Below, piece by piece: positions 26,128-36,523 of a stretch of DNA of 64,000 nucleotides. Position numbers and translations under genes: made by a program. Source of the DNA: Fermentimonas sp. (lineage in GTDB: Bacteria; Bacteroidota; Bacteroidia; Bacteroidales; Dysgonomonadaceae); assembly GCA_028683355.1 (NCBI GenBank), contig JAQUIZ010000001.1, positions 15,618-79,617 of the forward strand. Reading direction: 5' to 3'. The notes beneath the pieces are model-generated. The model was not told where the DNA came from and did no database searches. It saw nothing but the letters and a program-made list of their open reading frames with translations. Numbering within the stretch: position 1 is the first letter of the stretch; each line of letters starts with the position of its first letter.

Positions 26128-27747
26128 ATGGCCATACGAACCCATACAAATCCAAGGATAGCGGACTTACAACCTGAAATGCGTGACCTGTTGATGCGCA
26201 ACGGTATGCAAGCCCACATCGTGCCTGCCGGAGAAGGCTACCAGTTGGTAGTACAAGGGCACGACTCTCCGCTCTTGCGATACCCCATCAGCAAGCAGCA
26301 GTTTTCAGCTCTTACCGACTGGGGTACGAACCATGCCAACAAAAAGGCATACAACACCTTTACGGAGATAGTAAAGAATGACTTTGAGCTGCCACGCAAC
26401 TTTGTCCATGCTCGTAATGCCAACGGCAGGGTGGCTATGGGACTGCACGGTTACCGTATCGGCATCAGGGAATACGGCAGGGTCGGCAGATATGGGATGC
26501 CGCCTCCATTCTTGGGATGGACACCCCGACAGCAGGAAGGCTACCACCTCCGCAGAGTGGGCGGCCGGCTTTTCTATGCAGGAACGCCCATGGTGGCAGA
26601 ACGTCCCGACGGACGCATGAAACCCGGAGAACTCCAGTCGGGCGGTTACGGATTCTATTACAAAGGCCATCCACAACAGCAGCCGGCACAACCCGTCCGC
26701 CAAGACGTGTTGCAGGAGCTGCAAGCCGTCATCACCCCGATGGTAGGCAAGCCCAGAAGCGAAGAACCTGCAAAGCCCTACAAGGAGCTGATTACCTCCC
26801 CTGTCTATTTCTCTAATGAGAAGTGGCAGGAATGCCTCTCTTCCCACGGCATACTCGTAGACAAAGAAGAAAAGACCCTGACCATACAATCGGAACAAGT
26901 CCATGCCGATATGGTCTATGACATCACAGATGCGGAATTATCCGCACTGACCTCCAATTCCATCGAAGAGTACCCGATAGAGCGACGATTGGAGCTGTTG
27001 AACACGGTTATTCAGGAAGACTTCGCCGATAAGATCACGATGGATTCCCTGAATCATACCGAGCGCATCGGTATCACCTTGCATCCCGAAGTAGAGCAAG
27101 ATTTGGCAGCACGCCAACAGCAGGAACAGGACTTGCTCCTGCCATTGGAATCCGATAACAGCCTTGCGCCGCACTCTGCAGAACAGACCGTATTGCAAGA
27201 AGATGAATCCATTATCAGAGAACCACAGGAAGGAGCTTTGATTGACGGACGAGACTTGCCGTATCTCCATGAAAGCAAGGGATGGTACCGGGAAGGAGAA
27301 CACGGACGGGAGGTGGAAGTGGAAGCGATTGCCGTACAGCCGGCAGAAGCGGAAGGCGAATACAGGATGACCGCCATTATCAATGGAGAAGCCATCACCC
27401 ACGAAATCAGCCAAAAGCAGTACGACAAGTTCCTGGCAGTGGATGACTACCACCGCATGAAGCTCTTCTCGAAAGTGTTCAACGAGGTCGATATGAAGAC
27501 ACGCCCGGAGATACGGAGCAACTTGGGTGCAAAGATATTCGCAGCCCTTGCCGCAGGAACAGTCGTGGCTTCCGACCTTGCCCACAGCATTCACCACCAC
27601 TCTTGCCCGGAATTATACGGCGAGCATTTCTGTCATGCGCCCCGTCCCTATTTCAAACCCGGAGTGGATTCACCGAGGGATGTAGCCGCGCGGAACTTCG
27701 AGGCACAGATGAACCAAGAAATAGCGGAGATACGCAGAGGATTTTAA
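26128..27747 (+). CDS. hypothetical conjugative-element protein (539 aa)
   Basis: Long ORF with backbone composition, co-oriented and tightly packed. It has a Gly/Arg/Tyr-rich segment and a C-terminal hydrophobic segment (IFAALAAGTVVASDLA). Confidence 0.55.
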   Translation: MAIRTHTNPRIADLQPEMRDLLMRNGMQAHIVPAGEGYQLVVQGHDSPLLRYPISKQQFSALTDWGTNHANKKAYNTFTEIVKNDFELPRNFVHARNANGRVAMGLHGYRIGIREYGRVGRYGMPPPFLGWTPRQQEGYHLRRVGGRLFYAGTPMVAERPDGRMKPGELQSGGYGFYYKGHPQQQPAQPVRQDVLQELQAVITPMVGKPRSEEPAKPYKELITSPVYFSNEKWQECLSSHGILVDKEEKTLTIQSEQVHADMVYDITDAELSALTSNSIEEYPIERRLELLNTVIQEDFADKITMDSLNHTERIGITLHPEVEQDLAARQQQEQDLLLPLESDNSLAPHSAEQTVLQEDESIIREPQEGALIDGRDLPYLHESKGWYREGEHGREVEVEAIAVQPAEAEGEYRMTAIINGEAITHEISQKQYDKFLAVDDYHRMKLFSKVFNEVDMKTRPEIRSNLGAKIFAALAAGTVVASDLAHSIHHHSCPELYGEHFCHAPRPYFKPGVDSPRDVAARNFEAQMNQEIAEIRRGF

Positions 27748-27764
27748 CTAAAAAGGACACACAG

Positions 27765-28937
27765 ATGGCAAACGGAGAACTGACATACGATGACTTCCTG
27801 CAACGGTTGGACATACAGGACGTACTGGTGGATGCAGGCTATCACCTGAACAAGCGTGACGGCCTGCGTTATCCGTCCTATATCCGCACGGACAGCAATG
27901 GCACACGCATCCGTGGAGACAAGTTTATCGTGACCGGAGGTGGCAAATGTTGCTTCCAGCCCCCACAGCAAAAGCTCTACAACATCATCTCCTTTATCAA
28001 GTCGTTCCCCGAAAAGTTTGCAGAACACAGAAACGGCGTGTCTCCCGACAGGTTAGTCAACCTTGTCTGTAACCGACTGTTGAACCACCCTATCGAAGAC
28101 AGGCCAATCCGTATCATCCAGCCCAAGCAGCACAGCCGTCCGTTCAGTCTCCATGATTACGACATACACCGTTTTGACGTAAACGACCGGGAGACCCACA
28201 AGCGTTTCTATCCCTACTTCAAGAGCCGTGGCATTGACATCTTCACGCAACGTGCTTTTGCCGACCATTTTTTCTTAGCCACCAAACACAGGACAGACGG
28301 TCTGTCATACGCCAACCTCGCTTTCCCGTTGGTATTGCCCAAAGAGTCTGACAAGGTTGTCGGTTTGGAAGAGCGTGGACGCCCCAAGATGGACGGCAGC
28401 GGCAGCTATAAAGGAAAGGCCGAAGGGAGCAACAGCAGCGAAGGCTTGTGGATAGCCAATTTCAGCGGAGAACCTTTACATCAAGCCGGAGGTGTCGCCT
28501 GGTTTGAAAGTGGCTACGATGCAATGGCATTCCACCAACTGCACCGTGACACCTTCCGGGACAATCCCGAACTTTCCAAGAAAAGCGTGTTTGTCTCCAC
28601 CGGCGGCACGCCCACCGATATGCAGATCAGGGGAATGCTCTCCGCCACCCCGAATGTGAACCACTACCTGTGTTTCGATAACGACAGTGCCGGGCGCGAG
28701 TTTGTAAATAAATTCAGGAGCATAGTGAAATCCATGCACGTCAATCCGGAACAGATCAGAGAAATCCCCTTGATGCCCTGTTACAAGGACTGGAACGATG
28801 CCCTGCTTGGCAAGACGAGCGAGGAATACCTTGACAGCATCAAAGATGCGGTTATTCCTTTGAGTGCGCCACTCGCTACAAAAGGAAGTACAGCCGACGA
28901 AGAAGAAATAAACGAACAATCCACCATCCACAGATAA
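27765..28937 (+). CDS. Toprim-domain protein (primase-like, TraP-type role plausible)
   Basis: The Toprim Glu is in VAWFESGYDAMAFHQL and the DxD motif is in HYLCFDNDSAGREF. The ATG at 27765 avoids overlap with the upstream gene. Confidence 0.7.
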   Translation: MANGELTYDDFLQRLDIQDVLVDAGYHLNKRDGLRYPSYIRTDSNGTRIRGDKFIVTGGGKCCFQPPQQKLYNIISFIKSFPEKFAEHRNGVSPDRLVNLVCNRLLNHPIEDRPIRIIQPKQHSRPFSLHDYDIHRFDVNDRETHKRFYPYFKSRGIDIFTQRAFADHFFLATKHRTDGLSYANLAFPLVLPKESDKVVGLEERGRPKMDGSGSYKGKAEGSNSSEGLWIANFSGEPLHQAGGVAWFESGYDAMAFHQLHRDTFRDNPELSKKSVFVSTGGTPTDMQIRGMLSATPNVNHYLCFDNDSAGREFVNKFRSIVKSMHVNPEQIREIPLMPCYKDWNDALLGKTSEEYLDSIKDAVIPLSAPLATKGSTADEEEINEQSTIHR

Positions 28938-28942
28938 GAACC

Positions 28943-29431
28943 ATGCAGAACAGACAGCTATACAGAGACATTTCGCTTCGTCCGAAAACCACGCAGTTCT
29001 TCATTGATGAGCTGCCTTTGTTGTTTGTGGCTATAACAGGCTTGGTCTATGGCGGTATGGATGACGCGCCCCTTGGCTCTATCGCCACCCTCTTTGCCAT
29101 GCTTCTTTCCCTCTACTTGGCCTACCGGCTCATCTATCTGAAACGGATACGCTACCATATCGGGAGCGAACAACTGACGGCAGCGCATGGCGTGTTCCAA
29201 CGCAGCACAGGTTATATCGAACTGTACCGTGTAGTAGATTTTCACGAACACCAGACCCTGTTACAACAGATTTTCGGACTGAAAACGGTAACGGTACTCT
29301 CTATGGACAGGACCACACCCAAGCTGGCTCTGATTGGCTTGCCCAAACAGACAGCCATCGTGGAACTTATCAGGGAACGTGTTGAGTTTAACAAAAAAAG
29401 AAAAGGCATTTATGAAATCACCAATCATTAA
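28943..29431 (+). CDS. membrane protein with a bacterial PH (YdbS/YdbT-like) domain
   Basis: Two N-terminal hydrophobic segments, then HIGSEQLTAAHGVFQRSTGYIELYRVVD ... LKTVTVLS, typical of bPH_2-type domains as I remember them. Confidence 0.5.
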   Translation: MQNRQLYRDISLRPKTTQFFIDELPLLFVAITGLVYGGMDDAPLGSIATLFAMLLSLYLAYRLIYLKRIRYHIGSEQLTAAHGVFQRSTGYIELYRVVDFHEHQTLLQQIFGLKTVTVLSMDRTTPKLALIGLPKQTAIVELIRERVEFNKKRKGIYEITNH

Positions 29432-30101
29432 AATAGCGATGCTCCTATTCGGCATCATCTTGTCTGTCACGGTGAAGGCGCAGATTGTCACGACCAACCC
29501 GTTGGAATATGTGGCATTAGCAGAAGGCAACGAACTGATTCTCGCCAAGGTCAGAGACCAGATGGACGGACAGAAGAAAACCGCCCTTTTGCAGAACACC
29601 ATTGCCGCAGAGTTCGAGCAGATGCGCCAGTGGGAAAAGAAATACAACAGCTACCTTAAAACGGCAAGCGGATTCGCCTCTTCCATCAAAGCCTGCACCC
29701 ATCTGTACAATGACGGTGTGAGGATTTTCATCACACTGGGCAAGTTGAAAAATGCCGTAAGTGACAATCCGCAAGGCATTGTGGCTTCCATTAGCATGAA
29801 CAATCTCTACATAGAGACAGCGACCGAACTTGTAACCGTATTCTCCCTGCTCCGTGATGCCGTGGCCAAGGGCGGCAAGGAGAATATGCTCACTGGAGCG
29901 GAACGGAGCCAGACCTTATGGGCATTGAACGACCAGATCTCCTCATTTCAGAAAAAGCTCAATCTGCTCTACCTGAGCATCCGCACCTACACGATGACCG
30001 ATGTATGGAACAATGCCACCGCAGGGATGCTGGATCGGAACAACGGAGAAATCGCACAGATAGCGATGCGAAGATGGCGCAGGGCGGCTACAATCAGATA
30101 A
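29412..30101 (+). CDS. secreted protein, paralogue 1 of a tandem pair
   Basis: Signal peptide MKSPIIKIAMLLFGIILSVTVKAQ from the ATG at 29412. The C-terminal EIAQIAMRRWRR is mirrored in the next gene. Confidence 0.55.
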   Translation: MKSPIIKIAMLLFGIILSVTVKAQIVTTNPLEYVALAEGNELILAKVRDQMDGQKKTALLQNTIAAEFEQMRQWEKKYNSYLKTASGFASSIKACTHLYNDGVRIFITLGKLKNAVSDNPQGIVASISMNNLYIETATELVTVFSLLRDAVAKGGKENMLTGAERSQTLWALNDQISSFQKKLNLLYLSIRTYTMTDVWNNATAGMLDRNNGEIAQIAMRRWRRAATIR

Positions 30102-30117
30102 AAACAGAGAGAATGCA

Positions 30118-30798
30118 ATGAGACGGACAATCTTCATAACAATCCTCCTGATGTGTATGGGCATAAAAGTCCACGCACAGTTAGACCCTACCCTTACCGG
30201 AATGGTTCTGATATACACCGAAAAGGCAAAGAAAACCTTGAAGAACCAGGAAAAAGTCATGCTACTCCAAACCACCGGCCACATCTGGACAAAGGAAGAG
30301 GTGAAAGCCGTCACCGACTTGCAAAGGGAGTTCAACGACTATCTGGATTCGTTCCGTTCGGTTGTCAGCTATGCCGCCCAGATATACGGCTTCTACCACG
30401 AGATAACGCATTTGACAGAGAATATGGGCGAGTTCACCGGGCAACTCAAAAACTCTCCGACAAACGCCTTGGCGGTTGCGTTGTCCACAAACCGGAATAA
30501 AATATACAGAGAATTGACATACAATTCCATAGAGATAATCAACGATATACGGACGGTTTGCCTGTCGGACAACAAGATGACGGAGAAAGAACGGATGGAA
30601 ATCGTGTTCGGCATCCGCCCCAAGCTGCAACTGATGAACAAGAAACTGCAACGGCTGTCGATTGCGGTCAAGTACACCTCCATGGGCGATATATGGGCAG
30701 AAATCAGCGAAGAGGCACGCCCGAAAGCCAATAAGATGGAAATCGCCCGATCTGCCATAAGACGGTGGAAACGGAGCGGCAAAGCCGGAGCTTATTAG
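30118..30798 (+). CDS. secreted protein, paralogue 2 of a tandem pair
   Basis: Signal peptide MRRTIFITILLMCMGIKVHAQ. It has the same length class as the previous gene and the C-terminal EIARSAIRRWKR. Confidence 0.55.
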   Translation: MRRTIFITILLMCMGIKVHAQLDPTLTGMVLIYTEKAKKTLKNQEKVMLLQTTGHIWTKEEVKAVTDLQREFNDYLDSFRSVVSYAAQIYGFYHEITHLTENMGEFTGQLKNSPTNALAVALSTNRNKIYRELTYNSIEIINDIRTVCLSDNKMTEKERMEIVFGIRPKLQLMNKKLQRLSIAVKYTSMGDIWAEISEEARPKANKMEIARSAIRRWKRSGKAGAY

Positions 30799-30821
30799 AA
30801 TAACGAATAAAACATAAGAAT

Positions 30822-31493
30822 ATGGGATTTTGGAGTTCATTATTAAAAACCGGCGGTAAAGCCATATCATACGGTGGCAAGGCAACTGTCGCTACCGGGA
30901 AAAGTGTAGGCAACGCTGTGCTGCACCCCTCACAAACACTGCGTGGAGCAGGAAGTGCGTTGAAGACAGCCACTGTCGGAGGTGCTGTCGGTTATGTCGG
31001 TTGGGAGAAACTGACCACGGACAAGAGCGTGGTGCGTATCGTGAGCGATGCTGTCATAGGCGAGGAAGCCACCAATGCCATCAGCGGTACAGCCAAGTCA
31101 GCCGGGGACAAAGTAAGCCAGCTTACCGACAAGGCAGAGCAGACCATGGCCAATGTAAACCAGGCGACAAGCAACATCTCATCCACTCTCAACGGAGCAT
31201 CCACCTTCTTGGGTAATGTTTCCAATGGGAACGGCGGCAATATGTTGGGCAACTTCTTCAGCAACCTTGCAAACGGCAAGGTATCGGGAATGAGCATTGC
31301 CGGACTGATTGCCGGAGCGTTTTTGGTATTCGGCCGTTTCGGATGGCTCGGCAAGATTGCCGGTGCCTTCCTGATGATGATGACCATCGGCAATCACGCC
31401 AACCTGCTGCAAGAAACCACAGTCGCCAACGCACCCCGACAGACACCCTCACAACAGGAAGAACAGACCCATAACGGAGGAATGAGAAGATAA
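30822..31493 (+). CDS. Gly/Ala-rich membrane protein
   Basis: 223 aa. The N-terminal half is Gly/Ala/Thr-rich and low-complexity. C-terminal TM segments are IAGLIAGAFLVFG and IAGAFLMMMTIG. Confidence 0.5.
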   Translation: MGFWSSLLKTGGKAISYGGKATVATGKSVGNAVLHPSQTLRGAGSALKTATVGGAVGYVGWEKLTTDKSVVRIVSDAVIGEEATNAISGTAKSAGDKVSQLTDKAEQTMANVNQATSNISSTLNGASTFLGNVSNGNGGNMLGNFFSNLANGKVSGMSIAGLIAGAFLVFGRFGWLGKIAGAFLMMMTIGNHANLLQETTVANAPRQTPSQQEEQTHNGGMRR

Positions 31494-31521
31494 CATCCAC
31501 GAAAACAATATTGCAACAACA

Positions 31522-32352
31522 ATGAAATATACGGAAGAAATGATTTTACATTCCCAAAGCGGCTACTGTATGCCCTTCGAGGAAGACAAAAATAAAGAAG
31601 TAACCTTGTCAAAGGAGTACGGTGAACAGAAAGATGCCATAACCGGAGAAACTTCCTTTAATCACGGCATAGACTTTAATGCCGGTCACCGCCCTTTGGC
31701 GGCAGTGGCCAGCGGTGTCGTATCGAGCATCGGTACGGACAAGAAATGTGGCGTGTATATTGTCATACGCTACGGTAAATACGAAGTGACCTATGCGCAT
31801 CTTGCCAATATATTCATCCGTTTCGGGCAAAAGGTAAAGGCCGGTCAGACGGTAGCCATCAGTGGAAGCGACCTTCACATGAAGGTTGCGTTTGACGGAG
31901 AAGAACTGAATCCGATAGAGTTCCTGACCATGCTCTACGGCAATATCCAGGCATTTCGCAAAGCCGGGCACGAAGCCACCCACGAATTTATCCAATTTGA
32001 CGGTGAGATGAAGACAAGATACGACCGTGACAAGGAAGAAATCGAGGAACTGATGATCCGTTTCCTGCCGGTCTATATGGAAGACCTGTTCCGTGGAGCG
32101 TACACCGTACCCGAATACACCGAGCAATCGCTGCGGAACGTGTTTGCAGTGGGTGCCACCAAAAATTATTTCTTTGAGACGATGCCGAGCATGGCAAATC
32201 CTCTTGGTATCGGCAGCCGTGCCCTGCCGTTGGCAAGCAAGGTACAGAATCTCCTGATAGCGGATTTCCTGAATTACCTTGCCCTCAGGCACAATGTCTA
32301 TCTCTCCACCATGGGCGAGGAAGTAAAAAAAAACTTCAATCCGAGGCCATAG
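31522..32352 (+). CDS. M23 peptidase-like protein with an altered HxH motif
   Basis: FNHGIDFNAG (HxxxD) and YAHLANI are present. The position of G-x-T-G-x-S-T-G-x-HLH reads ISGSDLHMKVAF. Confidence 0.65.
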   Translation: MKYTEEMILHSQSGYCMPFEEDKNKEVTLSKEYGEQKDAITGETSFNHGIDFNAGHRPLAAVASGVVSSIGTDKKCGVYIVIRYGKYEVTYAHLANIFIRFGQKVKAGQTVAISGSDLHMKVAFDGEELNPIEFLTMLYGNIQAFRKAGHEATHEFIQFDGEMKTRYDRDKEEIEELMIRFLPVYMEDLFRGAYTVPEYTEQSLRNVFAVGATKNYFFETMPSMANPLGIGSRALPLASKVQNLLIADFLNYLALRHNVYLSTMGEEVKKNFNPRP

Positions 32353-32375
32353 CGAGCAGTGGAATCATTGACCCT

Positions 32376-32657
32376 TTGGAAGAATTGGAGATCGATGTGC
32401 AGAGTTTTGACATTCCGAGAGTCGTGTCCGTCTATCCCGACCGTGCCGGAGTCCGATGGTGGACAAAGGCCTGGTTCAACAATCGGGAGGAAGGCGAACT
32501 TTCAGTAGAGATAGACCGGAACAATGCCATCCGTTTCATTCAGGACAGGATAGAAAAGGATGAATGGTTAGAGGAGTTCTTTCCCAAACAGATGGAGATA
32601 TACCATAACGCCATAGAGCAGACCAAAGAACAGCTTTTGAACCAATTGAATTATTAG
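32376..32657 (+). CDS. hypothetical small protein (TTG start in ORF track)
   Basis: 93-aa ORF co-oriented with its neighbours. There is no ATG near the 5' end, so the start is uncertain. Confidence 0.35.
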   Translation: MEELEIDVQSFDIPRVVSVYPDRAGVRWWTKAWFNNREEGELSVEIDRNNAIRFIQDRIEKDEWLEEFFPKQMEIYHNAIEQTKEQLLNQLNY

Positions 32658-32660
32658 AAT

Positions 32661-34511
32661 ATGGGCGAAATCAGACATACAGAGCGTTTTGCAGAGATAG
32701 AAAGGATATTCGGTGACTACTTCAATTGCCACCTTGCCCCTGTCATGCGTGACACGCAAAGCTATCTCAACCGCAAGCAGGTGGAGGAAATGGCGGAATA
32801 CTCTACCAGTGCAGCCGGTATTCTCAGTTCGATGGCAGCCGCCAATAATCCGATGATCGATCCGTACCAGACACTGAAAATAACAGGAGAATGGAACTCC
32901 AAGACTACGGAAGACTATTTGGCGATGGTCAAGGACAAAATTTCCGGCAACAAGGATATGCAGACCGACCTAGCGATGATGGCCGGCGAATGGCGTTCCG
33001 CTGTAATCGGAGAAATCGGCAGGGATCGTTATGACACATTATCCGGACAATTAGGATGCGACCTTGCCTACGCCTACACGGATTACCGTATGGAACAACT
33101 GATGATAGACAGGTTGGTCAAGGAACGTATGCCCAAGTCATCGGCAGACTACATCATCCGCAAAGCCGCACAGAATACGCTGTTAGGCTTGTCAGCGACA
33201 CTGGGCCAATCACCGCTTGCCGCCGAGATCGAGCAACGTGGCGAAGCGGCCTACAAGCCTTCCAAATTAGAAAAAGGGACAAGCCGTGTCATCGGTGCAG
33301 GGATTGACGCCCTCTCTTTAGGTGGTGTGGGCAGTTGGACGAGCTTCGCAAAGTTTGTCGGAGTGGATCTGGCTTTTTCCGCATTGGCACCTTCCCAAGA
33401 CAATAAAGGAAACGGGCAATCGGTGGAGGATTGTATCAGTAAAGGCGTGTTTGGAAGCGAAGCCAACGTCTTTGCGGATTTCCGCAAACAAGCCAAAAAC
33501 ATACAGAAGGACAAGAATCCGTACATCATCGCTACCAACGAGCGACTGGCCAAGAAGATTCCCATCGAAACTTTTGATTTTACGAAATGGATGAGTGAGC
33601 ATACGATAACAAGCAAGCCCATGTGGAGTTTGGCTGACGAAAAGAAAAACGAGGAACGGTATAAGAATGTGCCTTTGGTGATCATGCCGGAATACCGGGA
33701 AGCCTATCTAAATAGTTTAGAACAGAAGCAAAATAAGGGAAGTGAAGAATCTGCATCTACCGAAATAGCAAAACAGGAAGTTCAAAACACTACCGAGCAA
33801 GCTGTTACTCAACAAATAGAGGAAAGTGAAATGTCGGGACAATCGTATTCGGAAGTGGTTACACAAGAAGAAAAAGGACAACAAGGACAACAAACGGTAC
33901 AATCCGACACCCGCACCAACGAAAACGGCTGGAACGGACTGTTCTCCTCCTTGGGATTGAACGGCATGGGTGATATAGGCAGAAACTTAGGCTATGTGTT
34001 CTCCATGCTGCCCGACATCCTGGTAGGAATGTTTACAGGCAGGACGAAATCTTTGGATATAGGAGACAACATCGTACCTATGGCAAGCGTCTTAGCCGGC
34101 TTGTTTGTCAAGAACCCCGTCCTAAAAATGCTGATGATTGGATTGGGCGGTGCCAACCTGTTGAACAAGGCAGGACATGAAGCCATTGACTGGAAACGGA
34201 ATGAGGGTAACAGCAAGCCTGTATCGGAAAACAGACCTGTACTATACCGAAGCTATCCGGATGAACCGCTCAATCCGCGCATCTCCAATCCGATATTGAA
34301 AGGCAACAACCTGATAGCGACAATAGACCGTGTACCCTGTACCATCCAGCTACCCGAAAAGGTAACAGCCGCCTACCAAGCAGGAGCCTTGCCTCTCAAC
34401 ACCCTTGCAAACGCCATTCTCGCCAAGAGCAACCAGACCAGGGAGATGATGGAGCGCAACTTTGAGAATGGAGAACGGGAGACCATTATAAGAACCAGAG
34501 GAATACAATAA
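32661..34511 (+). CDS. large hypothetical conjugative-element protein (616 aa)
   Basis: Long ORF with a Gln/Glu-rich linker and C-terminal hydrophobic segments (VFSMLPDILVGMFTG, LAGLFVKNPVLKMLMIGLGG). Confidence 0.55.
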   Translation: MGEIRHTERFAEIERIFGDYFNCHLAPVMRDTQSYLNRKQVEEMAEYSTSAAGILSSMAAANNPMIDPYQTLKITGEWNSKTTEDYLAMVKDKISGNKDMQTDLAMMAGEWRSAVIGEIGRDRYDTLSGQLGCDLAYAYTDYRMEQLMIDRLVKERMPKSSADYIIRKAAQNTLLGLSATLGQSPLAAEIEQRGEAAYKPSKLEKGTSRVIGAGIDALSLGGVGSWTSFAKFVGVDLAFSALAPSQDNKGNGQSVEDCISKGVFGSEANVFADFRKQAKNIQKDKNPYIIATNERLAKKIPIETFDFTKWMSEHTITSKPMWSLADEKKNEERYKNVPLVIMPEYREAYLNSLEQKQNKGSEESASTEIAKQEVQNTTEQAVTQQIEESEMSGQSYSEVVTQEEKGQQGQQTVQSDTRTNENGWNGLFSSLGLNGMGDIGRNLGYVFSMLPDILVGMFTGRTKSLDIGDNIVPMASVLAGLFVKNPVLKMLMIGLGGANLLNKAGHEAIDWKRNEGNSKPVSENRPVLYRSYPDEPLNPRISNPILKGNNLIATIDRVPCTIQLPEKVTAAYQAGALPLNTLANAILAKSNQTREMMERNFENGERETIIRTRGIQ

Positions 34512-34524
34512 AAGACAAACATAT

Positions 34525-36462
34525 ATGAAAGAGAAATCACAGTTTGAGAAAAACGCTGCGGACAAGCAGGTCGAATTGCTTTCCGAAGCATTGAACGGTG
34601 CAGTCAGTGTCGGTGGCCATTGGCTCAACGCCACGGGCAAGGGATATCCGAAGTTTTATCCGAAAGGAGTTGCGGTCAGTCCGTTCAACGCCCTGTTCAT
34701 GGCATTGCATTCGGACAAGACCGGAAGCAAGACCAACCTCTTCACCTTATACAGCGAAGCCAAGGCACGGGGAGAGTCTGTCCGGGAACACGAGAAAGGT
34801 GTGCCCTTCCTGTTCTACAACTGGAACAAGTATGTAAACCGGAACAATCCCAACGACATCATTTCAAGAAACGACTACCAACAACTGCCTCCTGAAGAGA
34901 GGAACCGGTATAAGGGCATACACAACAGAGAGATTCGCACACTGTTCACCATAGACCAGACCCTGCTGCCCCTTGTTGACAAGAATGTATATGAGACCCT
35001 TGTGCAGAAACACGGCAACAGCGTGGAGCAGGGATTCGGCGAAAAGGAGCTGCGTGAATTGCGCCCCCGCTTCAATGCCTTTGTGCAAGCCATTTCCAAA
35101 AACATGGTGCCCGTCCGCACGGACGGAAGCGGCGTGGCACATTACGACAGTCAAAAGGATGCGGTTTACATTCCCCGTCAAAAGAATTTTGAACATTATA
35201 CCGACTATGCACAAGAGACCTTGCGGCAGATCATAGCGGCTACCGGACACCAGCAACGCCTTGCCCGTGAAGGCATGGTGATGAAAAACGGAGTGCCACC
35301 CACCGAGGATGCCGTCAAGCAGGAACATCTTATCTACGAAATCGCTTCGGGTATCAAGATGCTGGTAATGGGACTGCCTGCACGCCTGTCGGATGAGAAT
35401 ATCGAGATGGTGGACTACTGGAGCCGGGAACTCAAAGAGAATCCCTGTCTAATTGATGCCATAGAGAGCGATGTGAACAATGCCTTGAAGGTCATACGCA
35501 AGGCGGAACGAGGCGAGAAAATCGAATATGCCACCTATCGTAACCACCGGCAGACCGAGCAGATGCAGGAGCAGATGCCCAAGCATTTCTTCGTGGCTGA
35601 CGAGATCAAGAAACACCCCGACAAGGATAACAAGACCATCGTGTTGGTCATAGACCGACAGGGAAAGAGTGCCGATGTCATCTTGCCTGCCGGCGCATCC
35701 TTGGAGGTGAACAACGAGATAAAGGGCATGAACAAACAGCGCATACAGTCTGCCCTGCAGAAAAGCGGCATTGAGCATGTCCGCTTCTACAATCCAGACG
35801 GAGCATTGGGGTATCGTCCCGACGACCGCTATTTTGCCGAGAAGCAGATTGAGGTGGCAAGATTGAAGAGCTGGACTTTGGAAACGCTCTCCACCATCGA
35901 CGCCCATCCTGCGGTAAAGCAAGCCTATGATCTTGGCTTTGAGCAAATCCAGATGGTGCAGGACGACAAAAACCGTTGGGCATTGTATCTAAAACCCGAA
36001 GGCAAGTCCGGTTACAGCATCTATCCCGACAAGGATGACCTGAACCGTTTCTTCACCACCCTCAAGCAGTCGTTGGATAACATCGACAAGGTACGTGGCG
36101 AACTGGCGAAGAAATACTATGCCTTGGCGGAGAGCAAACCCGAAATGAAGGTGGATCTGTTCCACACATCGGACGAGCGCATCGACCTGAACCGCATCCA
36201 GCGTGTGGCCGTGTTCAAGACCAAGAACGGTGCGATACTCTGCGCTCCCACCATAGACAATCAGAAGCCACAGCCCCGAAGTGTCACGCCACAACAATGG
36301 CAACGGATGTGGCTTGCCGAAGACCGGAACAGCTTCAAGCAGCATTTGGCTGCAACACTCTTTGCGGATCTGCTGAACAAGAGCCAATCACAGGAGCAGA
36401 CCTCTTCCGAGAAACAGGAAGAAGAGGTGGAGGCAAAAGTCGGCCGGAAAGAGGAAATCTAA
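34525..36462 (+). CDS. ArdC-N-like (DUF1738-type) ssDNA-binding domain protein lacking the zincin HExxH
   Basis: The N-terminal KGYPKFYPKGVAVSPFNALFMALHSDKTGSKTNLFTLYSEAKARGESV fits the ArdC N-domain pattern. The expected HExxH position reads ETLRQIIAATGHQQRLAREG. Confidence 0.65.
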   Translation: MKEKSQFEKNAADKQVELLSEALNGAVSVGGHWLNATGKGYPKFYPKGVAVSPFNALFMALHSDKTGSKTNLFTLYSEAKARGESVREHEKGVPFLFYNWNKYVNRNNPNDIISRNDYQQLPPEERNRYKGIHNREIRTLFTIDQTLLPLVDKNVYETLVQKHGNSVEQGFGEKELRELRPRFNAFVQAISKNMVPVRTDGSGVAHYDSQKDAVYIPRQKNFEHYTDYAQETLRQIIAATGHQQRLAREGMVMKNGVPPTEDAVKQEHLIYEIASGIKMLVMGLPARLSDENIEMVDYWSRELKENPCLIDAIESDVNNALKVIRKAERGEKIEYATYRNHRQTEQMQEQMPKHFFVADEIKKHPDKDNKTIVLVIDRQGKSADVILPAGASLEVNNEIKGMNKQRIQSALQKSGIEHVRFYNPDGALGYRPDDRYFAEKQIEVARLKSWTLETLSTIDAHPAVKQAYDLGFEQIQMVQDDKNRWALYLKPEGKSGYSIYPDKDDLNRFFTTLKQSLDNIDKVRGELAKKYYALAESKPEMKVDLFHTSDERIDLNRIQRVAVFKTKNGAILCAPTIDNQKPQPRSVTPQQWQRMWLAEDRNSFKQHLAATLFADLLNKSQSQEQTSSEKQEEEVEAKVGRKEEI

Positions 36463-36523
36463 AGAGGAAGTCGAGGAACAGGAAGAGGTATCACGAGGTA
36501 TGCACCGATAAACGAAACGGAAT

